A stretch of 64,000 nucleotides of DNA, taken from assembly GCA_020049855.1 (NCBI GenBank), contig JAGVLJ010000027.1, positions 7,884-71,883 of the forward strand. The letters are read 5' to 3'. Shown here one piece after another: positions 49,919-59,434 of this stretch; position 1 is the first letter of the stretch, and each line of letters begins with the position of its first letter. This DNA comes from Bacteroidia bacterium (GTDB lineage: Bacteria; Bacteroidota; Bacteroidia; UKL13-3). Below the pieces are notes generated by a model. It was given only the letters and a program-made list of their open reading frames with translations. It was not told where the DNA came from and did not search any database. The translations under genes were made by a program, and so were the position numbers.

Positions 49919-51116
49919 GAATAAATTCAAAAGAAATTACTTAACCATCATGGTATTAATTGGAACAATATGTTCCTCTTATCGGGCTAATGAAGCAACC
50001 ATAAAATTAATCAAAGTTTGCGAAGGTTTAACCTCTCCTGTTGCCATGACTACAGCTAATGATGGCAGTGGGAGGTTGTTTATATGCGAACAAAACGGAT
50101 GTATTCGTATAGTTAAAAACGGAGTGTTGCAGGCTGAACCTTTTTTATCTGTTCAGGACAAACTTATTCCGCAAACAAACGATTACAGTGAGCGTGGATT
50201 ATTGGGGCTGGCTTTTCACCCGCAGTATAAAACCAACCGTAAGTTTTATGTGTACTACAGTGCCAGCAGCCCCATTCCCGGAAGTAATCACAAAAGTGTA
50301 ATAGCAGAATATAAAACACTAAGCACTGATGCAAACAAGGCCGATAAAAACAGCGAACGTATCATATTGGAAATAACCCAACCCGAATCGAACCACAATG
50401 GCGGAGAACTTGTTTTTGGGTTGGATGGATTTTTATACATTGGGTCAGGTGATGGAGGAGGTGCCGGAGATAAGCATGGCAATTCAGGCAATGGTCAAAA
50501 TACCGAAAACTTATTGGGTAAAATATTGCGCATTGATGTGAATACAGATAAAGGCTATCTTATTCCTGGCGACAACCCTTTTGTGAATAAACCGGGCCGT
50601 GACGAAATATGGGCCTTTGGTTTGCGAAATCCGTGGAAGTTTTCATTTGATGATAATACGGGGCGATTATTTTGTGCCGATGTAGGACAGGATGCTTACG
50701 AGGAAATAGATATAGTTACAAAAGGCGGAAACTATGGATGGCGGGTGATGGAAGGAAAACACTGTTATAATCCCGAAGTCAACTGCAGGCAAGCCGGTTT
50801 AATTTTACCCATTGCCGAATATCCGCATAGTGAGGGTATTTGCATCATTGGAGGCTATGTTTACAGAGGAGTGAATAAATTGCATCAGGGGCAATACTTT
50901 TTTGCCGATTGGACCGGAAAATTGTTTGTGCTGAAACCATCCAAATCAGGCAGCCAAACAATGTGGTCACGGGAATCCGTTTCCCTTCCCGTTTTACCCA
51001 ATCAAACCTATTTCAATTCGATGGGACGAGACGAAAACGGCAACTTGTATCTATTGGCTATGCAGGGAATGGGGCCCAACAAAAGCACAGGTATATTGTA
51101 CAGAATTGACTGGTAA
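49911..51116 (+). CDS. PQQ-dependent soluble sugar dehydrogenase (YliI/sorbosone dehydrogenase family)
   Basis: 401 aa. ERGLLGLAFHP, HNGG.LVFG.DG.LYIG.GDGG and FGLRNPWKF are signature beta-propeller motifs. Confidence 0.85.
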   Translation: MSKNKFKRNYLTIMVLIGTICSSYRANEATIKLIKVCEGLTSPVAMTTANDGSGRLFICEQNGCIRIVKNGVLQAEPFLSVQDKLIPQTNDYSERGLLGLAFHPQYKTNRKFYVYYSASSPIPGSNHKSVIAEYKTLSTDANKADKNSERIILEITQPESNHNGGELVFGLDGFLYIGSGDGGGAGDKHGNSGNGQNTENLLGKILRIDVNTDKGYLIPGDNPFVNKPGRDEIWAFGLRNPWKFSFDDNTGRLFCADVGQDAYEEIDIVTKGGNYGWRVMEGKHCYNPEVNCRQAGLILPIAEYPHSEGICIIGGYVYRGVNKLHQGQYFFADWTGKLFVLKPSKSGSQTMWSRESVSLPVLPNQTYFNSMGRDENGNLYLLAMQGMGPNKSTGILYRIDW

Positions 51117-51147
51117 AAAGATACAGCATGTGATGATTTTGCAAATT

Positions 51148-51174
51148 AAAAACCCCGCCTTTTAAGGGGCGGGG
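51148..51174 (-). terminator. intrinsic terminator for the peroxiredoxin transcript
   Basis: GC-rich hairpin ccccgcc/ggcgggg followed, on the minus strand, by a T5 run. Confidence 0.6.
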
Positions 51175-51213
51175 TGGATTCATCAAACCCAAACACAAAA
51201 GCATGTATATAAA

Positions 51214-51861
51214 CTATTGATGCTTGGCAAGGTAACTGGCTACTCCCTCGTGTGTGTCCTTTAAGCCTTCCTGACCTTTATTCCAGTCGGCAGGGCACAC
51301 TTCTCCATTTTCTTCATTAAACATGAGCGCGTCAACAATGCGTAGGGCTTCGTCAACGCTGCGGCCAAGGGGTAGGTCGTTCACCACCTGGTGGCGAACT
51401 ATTCCGTTTTTATCAATCAAAAACAATCCGCGGTAAGCAACAGCATCGTCTCCTTTGTCGCTGTTAAATACCAACTGCCCGTTTTCATCGTAATCGTAAT
51501 ATCCGGCAAGCACACCAAAATTAGCAGCAATGGTTTTGTTCACATCAGCTACCAACGGGTATTTTACGCCTTTAATTCCGCCATCTTTTTGTTCGGTTTG
51601 CAGCCAAGCCCAATGAGTGTGTTTGCTGTCGATAGAGCAACCAACCACTGCCACATTGCGGGCTTCAAAATCGGCAAGTCTTTTTTGAAAGGCAATAATT
51701 TCGGTAGGGCACACAAACGTAAAATCAAGCGGATAGAAATAGAATACTACATTCTTTTTCCCAATGTACTGTTCTAATGAAAAATTCTCTACAAAATCAC
51801 CTCCATTCACTACTGCCGAAGCGTTGAACGTGGGGGCTTTTTTTCCTACTAACATGGTCAT
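51214..51861 (-). CDS. ahpC: typical 2-Cys peroxiredoxin
   Basis: 215 aa with the peroxidatic Cys in FTFVCPTE and the resolving Cys in GEVCPADW. Confidence 0.92.
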   Translation of the reverse strand: MTMLVGKKAPTFNASAVVNGGDFVENFSLEQYIGKKNVVFYFYPLDFTFVCPTEIIAFQKRLADFEARNVAVVGCSIDSKHTHWAWLQTEQKDGGIKGVKYPLVADVNKTIAANFGVLAGYYDYDENGQLVFNSDKGDDAVAYRGLFLIDKNGIVRHQVVNDLPLGRSVDEALRIVDALMFNEENGEVCPADWNKGQEGLKDTHEGVASYLAKHQ

Positions 51862-51888
51862 ATATTTAATTCCTTATGGTTAAAAGTT

Positions 51889-52488
51889 TTATAAAATACT
51901 TAATTGATTTGGAGGAACAGGTGACTCCTGCACCTGTTTTTTGTATTTAGCTTTTTCGTCAGGGTTTTTTTGTTCTTTTTCTTTTTGTGGTTTTGATTGC
52001 ATTACATCCTCTATTTCTACAGGCTCACTTCCATCTATCACAAATTCCTCCAAATCATGGTTTAATACTTCACCGGTAATTTGCAGGGCTACTTCCTCAA
52101 TTTTAAAACCGATAATTGATCTTTTTGCAAAGAAACGATTAATTAATTGTTTCAACTCTTCATCATAGAAATCTATAACACGGTCGCTTTTGGTACAATA
52201 CAAATGGTGATGAGTATCGGTGCGAATATCGTAGCGCACTTTATCCTCGGCCGATTTTACTTTGTGAATAAGCCCGATGTTCACAAACGTTTCAAGTGTT
52301 TTATAAACTGTTCCGAGCGAAATACTGGGATTTTGTTTATGAATACTCTTATAAATAATTTCGGCAGTGGGATGGTCTTCTAAACTAAGCAGCACATTGT
52401 AAATAACAATGCGCGGGTGAGTAATCTTCAACCCGAGCTCGTTGAGCTTTTCCTGTGCCTGAGCAGGTGTAGGCCTTTTACTTGCCAT
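51889..52488 (-). CDS. Fur-family transcriptional regulator with a C-terminal charged extension (PerR-like by context)
   Basis: 199 aa with a Fur wHTH (ITHPRIVIYNVL...SLGTVYKTLETFVNIGLI) and an HHH metal-site motif. No CxxC pairs. An extra tail of about 50 aa is Lys/Glu/Gln-rich. 27 nt upstream of ahpC. Confidence 0.8.
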   Translation of the reverse strand: MASKRPTPAQAQEKLNELGLKITHPRIVIYNVLLSLEDHPTAEIIYKSIHKQNPSISLGTVYKTLETFVNIGLIHKVKSAEDKVRYDIRTDTHHHLYCTKSDRVIDFYDEELKQLINRFFAKRSIIGFKIEEVALQITGEVLNHDLEEFVIDGSEPVEIEDVMQSKPQKEKEQKNPDEKAKYKKQVQESPVPPNQLSIL

Positions 52489-52497
52489 ATTATTTTA

Positions 52498-52510
52498 AAG
52501 AATAATTCTT
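52498..52510. promoter_or_regulatory. Fur/PerR-box-like palindrome AAGAAT-A-ATTCTT
   Basis: Perfect 6-1-6 palindrome (6 of 7 if extended to 7-1-7), 10 nt upstream of the Fur-family gene ATG. Confidence 0.35.
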
Positions 52511-52617
52511 ACTTGCGAATTCCTATGCCACGAAAGTACCCACAATAAAAATTAATAGCAAAACTATTTGCGAAAATATTTTTTGCCACGTCAAATCAGT
52601 TAATTTTGAGGCGTTGT

Positions 52618-53613
52618 ATGTTTAAGCAACTAAAAGCCCGGATCGTTTATGCAAGCCTGCTTGTTTTTGGTGTAATTTTTACAGGAACAGTCGGTTATAT
52701 GTTTATTGAGGGGTATACCTTCTTAGAGGCTCTTTTCATGACGGTGACCACCATAGCCACCGTTGGTTATGGAGAGGTGAAGCCTTTGAGTGACGCGGGG
52801 AGAGTTTTTACAATTTTACTTATCATTGTTAATTTGGGAGTTTTTGCCTATGCAATCAGTTCTATTAGCAGTTTTTTTTTCGATGGGCATTTTGCCGAAT
52901 TTTATCGTTTAAATAAAATGAAACAACGTATTGCACGCCTAAATAACCACGTAGTGGTTTGTGGTTTTGGTCGCAATGGAAAAGAAGCGTGTGCTACTCT
53001 TAAAAGGCACGGAATTCCATTTGTAGTGATTGAAAAAGAAGAATCATCGTTTGATGATCACGGTTTTGGGGACAACCTTCATTATATAATTGATGATGCA
53101 ACCAATGAACATGTGCTTATTGAAGCCGGTGTTGAACGTGGGCGCGCTCTTATTTCAACCTTACCTTCCGATTCTGAAAATGTGTTTGTAGTACTTACTG
53201 CACGAGAGGTTTCAAAATCCATTCTCATTATCAGCCGTGCAAGCTTAGATACTTCTGTTAGCAAATTACGAAGAGCCGGTGCAAACAATATAATAATGCC
53301 CGATAAGATTGGGGGTGCATATATGGGCTCGTTGGTAATAAACCCCGATGTAAATGAATTTATTGGTTTGGTTACCGGGCAATCCGGATCCAGCATTCAT
53401 ATTGAGGAAGTAAGTATGCGCGATTTAAAATCACTGCACGGATCCACCATTAAAGAGTTGAATATACGACATGCCACAGGTGTAAATGTAGTTGGATTAA
53501 AAACGGAAGATGGCAGTTACATCATTAATCCAGAAGTTGATTTACCACTTTCGCAGAATATGAAATTAATTTTATTGGGTACGCGGGAGCAAATGAACCG
53601 CCTCAAAAAATGA
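52618..53613 (+). CDS. potassium channel with RCK/TrkA-N domain
   Basis: Selectivity filter TVGYGE, two TM helices, a Rossmann GFGRNGKE and a C-terminal TrkA-C-like domain. First ATG chosen as the start. Confidence 0.85.
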   Translation: MFKQLKARIVYASLLVFGVIFTGTVGYMFIEGYTFLEALFMTVTTIATVGYGEVKPLSDAGRVFTILLIIVNLGVFAYAISSISSFFFDGHFAEFYRLNKMKQRIARLNNHVVVCGFGRNGKEACATLKRHGIPFVVIEKEESSFDDHGFGDNLHYIIDDATNEHVLIEAGVERGRALISTLPSDSENVFVVLTAREVSKSILIISRASLDTSVSKLRRAGANNIIMPDKIGGAYMGSLVINPDVNEFIGLVTGQSGSSIHIEEVSMRDLKSLHGSTIKELNIRHATGVNVVGLKTEDGSYIINPEVDLPLSQNMKLILLGTREQMNRLKK

Positions 53614-53772
53614 ATTGTGCAAACGTAATATCATGTTTTATTTATGAAAATAGCCTTACCATATGCAGTTCGCTTTTGCAAAGTAGGAGTTGACTTCAAT
53701 CGGTGTCTTTTCTTTTGATTATTTGCCCAAATAAAAAAGGAGTTAAACTTTTACGTTCAACTCCTTTTTTTG

Positions 53773-53845
53773 TGATCCCGCTGGGACTCGAACCCAGGAC
53801 CCCTACATTAAAAGTGTAATGCTCTACCAGCTGAGCTACGGAATC
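53773..53845 (-). tRNA. tRNA-Lys (anticodon UUU)
   Basis: Reverse complement GATTCCGTAGCTCAGCTGGTAGAGCATTACACTTTTAATGTAGGGGTCCTGGGTTCGAGTCCCAGCGGGATCA. Anticodon loop is CTTTTAA. A -7-like box TACCTTTG lies at 53879-53886. Confidence 0.9.
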
Positions 53846-53931
53846 ATTATCTACACTAGTTATTTGTGAGAGCGGGTGCAAAGGTAACTATTCAAACCTC
53901 ATATGCAAAAGTGAGCTAAAAAAAATATAAA

Positions 53932-55092
53932 CTATTTTTTTAGCTGATATCTTTTAAACTCAATATCACTGCGTAATAACTTTCTAAAGGTAGCATGAAC
54001 CTTAATAGTACGGCAACCAAGGGCTTGCAATAGCGATTGCATTTTAGGATTAAAATCGCCCACCCACGCCAGCTCAAAGTTTTCCACACCCGGTTTCTTA
54101 CATATTTCTTCATAAATATGCATGATCATGCCCGTTTCAATTCCATGATGTTGGAAATTTGGTTTAATGCCGAAAACAATTCCCTTAAGCCGTGTTGGTT
54201 TTTGAAAGTATCTGTAAAACAGAAAGCGAAGTTTATTTAACCAATGTAATTTTCCGTTCAAGTGTCTAAATATTTCATTCGCCTCCAAAATATTTATAAA
54301 AAAACCTACAGGTTCATTTTTTACGTATGCAAAGCAAACAAATTCGGGAATAACTATGTGGCGCATTTGGGTCATAATCGATTTTACCGAGGCGCTACTG
54401 AGTGGGTTGAAATTTTCATGTTGCCCCCAAGCAGCATTATAAATAGCACAAAAATCTTCGGCAAAAATATCGGCTTGATCCGGATTCAGGGACTTAAACC
54501 GAATATCGGGATTTGCATTTACCCTATCGGCAATTTTTTTAAAACGTTCGTATCTAAATCCTGATTTTGATACTTCGCTCGTAGTTTGCTCAAAAAATTT
54601 CTGAAAACCATAAGAGTTGAAAAAATTAAGGTAATACGGAGGATTGTAATTTTCAAGGTAAGAAGGATTTTTAAATCCTTCAATCATTAGCCCCCAAAAG
54701 CGGTCACGTTCTCCAAAATTAATCGGCCCGTCCATTACCTGCATATTCTTTTGTTTTAGCCATTCACTACATGCATCAAATAATCTGAAAGCTGCATCTA
54801 TATCATTGATACATTCAAAAAATCCCATACCACCAACTTTAGTTTCGGATCGTATATTGGCTTCATGATCAATAAAAGCAGCTACCCGGCCTATCGGTCT
54901 TTTCTGTTCATCATAAAGTATCCAGCGAATAGCTTCTCCGTGTTTAAAGTAACCGTTGCGCTCACGGTTAAAAACCATTTTTATATCCCGGTCTAAATGA
55001 CTTACCCATTGCTTATCATTTTGGTAAATGATTCTTGGTAAATAAAGAAAATCACGTTCCGTTACTCTATTCCTAACCTGAATTAATTTCAT
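53932..55092 (-). CDS. conserved hypothetical protein, possibly a GNAT-fold acyltransferase-like protein
   Basis: About 386 aa from the first ATG. No unambiguous catalytic motif. The assignment rests on overall resemblance to Bacteroidota proteins usually annotated as N-acetyltransferases. Confidence 0.45.
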   Translation of the reverse strand: MKLIQVRNRVTERDFLYLPRIIYQNDKQWVSHLDRDIKMVFNRERNGYFKHGEAIRWILYDEQKRPIGRVAAFIDHEANIRSETKVGGMGFFECINDIDAAFRLFDACSEWLKQKNMQVMDGPINFGERDRFWGLMIEGFKNPSYLENYNPPYYLNFFNSYGFQKFFEQTTSEVSKSGFRYERFKKIADRVNANPDIRFKSLNPDQADIFAEDFCAIYNAAWGQHENFNPLSSASVKSIMTQMRHIVIPEFVCFAYVKNEPVGFFINILEANEIFRHLNGKLHWLNKLRFLFYRYFQKPTRLKGIVFGIKPNFQHHGIETGMIMHIYEEICKKPGVENFELAWVGDFNPKMQSLLQALGCRTIKVHATFRKLLRSDIEFKRYQLKK

Positions 55093-55155
55093 TTGCAAAA
55101 AGCAATGTTGTAATTTGCGCCTTCAAATTACAACATTACCGTTAAATACGCATTT

Positions 55156-55692
55156 ATGCAATTAGGAGATAAATTACCAGCATTTGACCTATTGGGGGTA
55201 GACGGAAAACGTCATAATCAGTTTGAATATGCTGACCGCTATGCACTTGTAGTGGTTTTTACGTGCAATCACTGCAAATATTCGCAGGCTTACTGGCCGC
55301 GTCTGGTGAAATTACTTGAAAAATTTGAGGCCGATAATCTGGGAATTATTGCCGTGAATCCAAATGATGCCGCCCAGTTTCCGGAAGATTCTTATGAGAA
55401 TATGCTTAAACTGGCCAAACAATTCGATTTAGTGAAGCGTAATTTCCGTTACCTGCATGATGAAAGCCAGCAATTGGCAAAAACATTTGGTGCCCAGCGA
55501 ACCCCCGAAGCTTTTTTGTTTAATTCAAAAAGGGAGTTGGTGTATAAAGGAGCTATTGATGATTCATGGGAAAATGCTAACATGGTTACCCGCATTTGGC
55601 TGGAGGATGCCATTGAAAGTGCCCTTGATGGAATTGAAGTAGATTATCCTGAAATTCCGGCAGTAGGTTGTTCTATTAAGTGGAAGAAATAA
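55156..55692 (+). CDS. thioredoxin-fold (TlpA/redoxin-like) protein
   Basis: 178 aa with a CxxC motif (CNHC) in a VVVFTCNHCKYS context. Confidence 0.75.
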   Translation: MQLGDKLPAFDLLGVDGKRHNQFEYADRYALVVVFTCNHCKYSQAYWPRLVKLLEKFEADNLGIIAVNPNDAAQFPEDSYENMLKLAKQFDLVKRNFRYLHDESQQLAKTFGAQRTPEAFLFNSKRELVYKGAIDDSWENANMVTRIWLEDAIESALDGIEVDYPEIPAVGCSIKWKK

Positions 55693-55753
55693 GCCGTTAC
55701 TGGTCCCCGGCAACCGTCCATTGTCTGTTGCCTTTAATTAATATAGAGTTCAA

Positions 55754-56569
55754 TTGAGTAGCTTAAGCAATAAAGTTATCATCATTACCGGAGCCTCATC
55801 AGGCATAGGGAAGGCTTGTGCGTTAGACTTTGCCTCATATCAATGCAAACTGGTGTTGGCTGCACGAAGCATGGATAAACTGAAAACTGTGGCCGAAGCA
55901 TGCAAAGCCATGGGAGCCGAGGTTATTCCTGTAAGTTGTGATGTAGCCAAAGAAGATGATTGTAAAACACTTATTGACGAAACGATAAATACGTTTGGAA
56001 CTATTGATGTATTGGTAAACAATGCAGGCATATCCATGCGGGCCATATTCGAACAAACCGAACTCAATGTGATTCGCAGGGTAATGGATATCAATTTTTG
56101 GGGAACGGTGTATTGCACTAAATATGCTCTACCTTATATACTCAGGCAAAAAGGTTCAGTAGTTGGGGTTTCATCTATTGCCGGATATAAAGGGCTGCCG
56201 GGCAGAACCGGTTATTCCGCTTCCAAATTTGCAATACAGGGATTTTTGGAGGCATTGCGCTGTGAGAATATGAAAAAAGGGTTGCATGTGTTAATTGCCT
56301 GTCCGGGATACACGGCTTCCAATATTCGTAATACAGCTTTGAATAACAAAGGTAAATCGCAAAGCGAAACGCCACTGGACGAAAGCAAACTGATGCAACC
56401 GGAGGAGGTAGCCGCCAACATTACAAATGCCATTATAAAGCGCAGGAGAACGATTATATTAACTGCTCAGGGAAAATTAGCTGTTTGGCTCAATAAATTT
56501 TTTCCTGCTTTTATTGATAAGATGGTATACAAAACTATATCAAAAGAACCTGATTCACCTTTTAAATAG
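55754..56569 (+). CDS. short-chain dehydrogenase/reductase (SDR)
   Basis: TGASSGIGKA cofactor motif, NNAG, and the S...YxxxK catalytic context (YSASKFA). TTG start inferred. Confidence 0.88.
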   Translation: MSSLSNKVIIITGASSGIGKACALDFASYQCKLVLAARSMDKLKTVAEACKAMGAEVIPVSCDVAKEDDCKTLIDETINTFGTIDVLVNNAGISMRAIFEQTELNVIRRVMDINFWGTVYCTKYALPYILRQKGSVVGVSSIAGYKGLPGRTGYSASKFAIQGFLEALRCENMKKGLHVLIACPGYTASNIRNTALNNKGKSQSETPLDESKLMQPEEVAANITNAIIKRRRTIILTAQGKLAVWLNKFFPAFIDKMVYKTISKEPDSPFK

Positions 56570-56579
56570 ACTACTTTTA

Positions 56580-58349
56580 ATGAGTATTGAGCAAGAACTG
56601 ATACAAGGAATACAAAAGGCTTTTAAAGAAGTTTATAACACTGATACACCCGCTGCACCCGTTATTGAGCAAACCAAAAGAGAGTTTGTGGGTGATTACA
56701 CTTTTGTTGTGTTTCCTTATTTAAAGCTGAGTAAAAAAAAACCGGAGCAAACAGGCAATGATATCGGAGAGTTTTTAAAAAAAGAACTCGCTTTTGTGTC
56801 AGGATTCAATGTCATTAAAGGATTTTTGAACATTGAAATAGGTGATTCGTTTTGGGTTAAATTCCTGAATGATAATTATGCCTTGAGTGATTTTGGGAAA
56901 TCGTCAGCCAAAAATAAAAAAATAATGGTGGAGTATTCTTCACCTAATACCAATAAACCTTTACACCTCGGTCATATCCGAAACAATTTGCTTGGCTATG
57001 CTGTGGCAGAAATCTTAGCTTACAACGGTTATGAGGTTATTAAAGCCAATCTCATTAACGACCGGGGCATTCACATCTGTAAAAGTATGCTGGCCTGGAT
57101 GAAATTCGGAAACGGAGAAACGCCTCAGTCGTCAGGGATGAAAGGCGATCATTTAGTAGGGAAATATTACGTGGAGTTTGATAAAGCGTATAAAGCAGAA
57201 ATTGATCAATTAGTGAGTGGTGGAATGGAAAAAGAGCATGCAGAGCAGGAAGCCCCGCTAATTAAAGGAGCCAAGGAGCTTTTGCTCAAATGGGAGCAGG
57301 GAGATGCAGAAACCCTGCGCATCTGGAAAATGATGAATGGCTGGGTGTACGAGGGATTTGAATTGACCTACAAAAGGCTTGGAGTAAACTTTGATAAATT
57401 TTATTACGAGTCGAATACGTATTTGCTCGGGAAAAAAGCCGTGCAGGAAGGGTTGCAGCAGGGAGCGTTTTATCAGAAGGAAGATGGCTCCATCTGGATT
57501 GACCTTACGGCAGACGGACTTGATCATAAATTGTTGCAACGTTCAGACGGAACTTCGGTGTACATCACGCAGGATATAGGAACAGCCCAGATGAAGTATG
57601 ATGAATACAAAATGGATCGTTCGGTGTACGTAGTAGGAAACGAACAGGATTATCATTTTAAGGTGTTGCAGTTAATTCTGAAACATCTGGGTAAGGTGTA
57701 TGCTTATGGAGTATATCACCTTAGTTATGGAATGGTAGATTTACCGAGCGGTAAAATGAAATCAAGAGAGGGAACCGTGGTTGATGCGGATGATTTATTG
57801 GATGAATTACACCACACATCTGAAAAAATTACGAAGGAGTTAGGCAAAACAGAAGGATTTACTCAGGAGCAACTAAGTGAATTATATGAGCAAATAGGGC
57901 AGGGGGCACTTAAGTATTTTCTCTTAAAAGTGGATCCCAAAAAACGTTTACTGTTCGACCCGAAAGAAAGCATCGACTTTCAGGGAAATACCGGTCCGTT
58001 TATTCAATACACCTATGCACGCATTTCATCAGTGATGCGAAGTGCTCCGGCTTATACTGTTGTACCCGAATCACATTCGCTTTTATCGGAAGAAAAGGAG
58101 CTCATTTACACACTTTATCGTTTTAATGAAGCCGTTGAACTGGCAGGTAAAGAAATGAGCCCGGCTGTGATGGCTAATTATGCGTATGAATTGGTAAAGG
58201 CATACAATAAGCTTTATCACGAGTTAACCATTCTGAAAGAAACGGATGAGCAAAAACGTAACCTGCGTTTGATGCTTTCAGCTATGACCAGGAATGTGGT
58301 GAAAACCTCCCTTCGTTTGTTGGGTATTGCAGCTCCGGAAAAGATGTAA
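56580..58349 (+). CDS. argS: arginine--tRNA ligase
   Basis: Class I HIGH motif (PLHLGHIRN) and KMSK-like motif (GKMKSREG). Start taken at the first ATG after the SDR stop. Confidence 0.93.
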   Translation: MSIEQELIQGIQKAFKEVYNTDTPAAPVIEQTKREFVGDYTFVVFPYLKLSKKKPEQTGNDIGEFLKKELAFVSGFNVIKGFLNIEIGDSFWVKFLNDNYALSDFGKSSAKNKKIMVEYSSPNTNKPLHLGHIRNNLLGYAVAEILAYNGYEVIKANLINDRGIHICKSMLAWMKFGNGETPQSSGMKGDHLVGKYYVEFDKAYKAEIDQLVSGGMEKEHAEQEAPLIKGAKELLLKWEQGDAETLRIWKMMNGWVYEGFELTYKRLGVNFDKFYYESNTYLLGKKAVQEGLQQGAFYQKEDGSIWIDLTADGLDHKLLQRSDGTSVYITQDIGTAQMKYDEYKMDRSVYVVGNEQDYHFKVLQLILKHLGKVYAYGVYHLSYGMVDLPSGKMKSREGTVVDADDLLDELHHTSEKITKELGKTEGFTQEQLSELYEQIGQGALKYFLLKVDPKKRLLFDPKESIDFQGNTGPFIQYTYARISSVMRSAPAYTVVPESHSLLSEEKELIYTLYRFNEAVELAGKEMSPAVMANYAYELVKAYNKLYHELTILKETDEQKRNLRLMLSAMTRNVVKTSLRLLGIAAPEKM

Positions 58350-58355
58350 TTTAAT

Positions 58356-59235
58356 TTACTGCAATACTAATTTTCCCTGTTCAATCACCGTTGCATTTGA
58401 CATAATCCTGTAAAAGCAGATGGTATTTGGGAGATGTGCAGGTAATAGAATATCATTCGCCTGGTTAGCCACTATGTTCTGCACTAGTACCTTTTCCCAA
58501 ACAGATTCACCAGTTCAAGTTGGCAAGAATCCCGTACTGAGCCGGACAATTTTATAGTTAAGTAATTGTTAGCCGGGTTGGGATAAATAAGTAAATGATT
58601 GTTTGTAACGCTTGCCTTCGTAATTGAAGTAAAAATGCAAGACTGATACTGACTCAGGAGTGTCCATGCCGTACAATCATTAATAAAGTACGTTCCTCCA
58701 TTGACTCTTTGAAATGGCTCAGGATCCGTATTTAAATCAAAAAATAAACTGGTGTTTGCTCCTATTCCTTCAATTATTTTATAGGCCGCAACACCAAACG
58801 AGAGATCCATCACCGAAGGAATCTCAATCACTTTTCTCTGTTTGCCGGCAATAGTTTATGTACTTACCTTAGTTATCGGGTATTTTTTGCCATTATAAAA
58901 CTTTAGGCTGTCTCTTGAGGTCAAACGGAAATCGTAAAGCAGGAGTTTACTGGCAGAGTTAACAGGAACATAATATACTGTGTGTTCATTCGTATCATTA
59001 CGAATGGCTCCCAGATAAGATGCTGTCGTTGAGATATGGTTTAGCGTATCAGCTTAGTGTATTTTATACCATTCAACAAGATGTCACCTGCTGTATGAGT
59101 GCAATAGAAGCAAGAGCTTCCGGTATTTGTACCAGAGTCCACATTGTTCATATGTATCTGCCATTCGGTATTGTTTTCAGGTAAAGGAATGTAGGTTTGT
59201 GCTTTTATTGACAGAGACAGAAGTACAAAAAACAA
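58356..59235 (-). pseudogene. decayed gene for a T9SS-secreted protein (two frameshifts plus one in-frame stop)
   Basis: Signal peptide fragment (59041-59235). The middle part is readable only in another frame (NHISTTASYLGAIRNDTNEHTVYYVPVNSASKLLLYDF...) and ends at an in-frame TAA. The CTD (LIYPNPANNYLTIKL...LVNLFG) continues after a frameshift near 58490 as EKVLVQNIVANQANDILLPAHLPNTICFYRIMSNATVIEQGKLVLQ*. Confidence 0.6.
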
Positions 59236-59434
59236 CGCGGGAGCTACTTTATGTAAAACTTCAGAATTAGGGTGTTTTAATCAAAGATATCATTCTTATT
59301 AAAAAGGTTGCTTCAACATTTACTTAGTCCGGACGGTAATTCCGGGTTAATTTTATTTCTGATACTCAATACTATTTTTTGTACAACACGCTTTTTATAC
59401 CTTTACTATCCATTATTTTTTGTTTATTCGTGGT

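Noticed and set aside
53696-53881. 61-aa ORF on the minus strand.
   Set aside because: It is the translation of tRNA-Lys (53773-53845). The peptide contains the typical tRNA-derived string VAQLVEH...GSSPSG.
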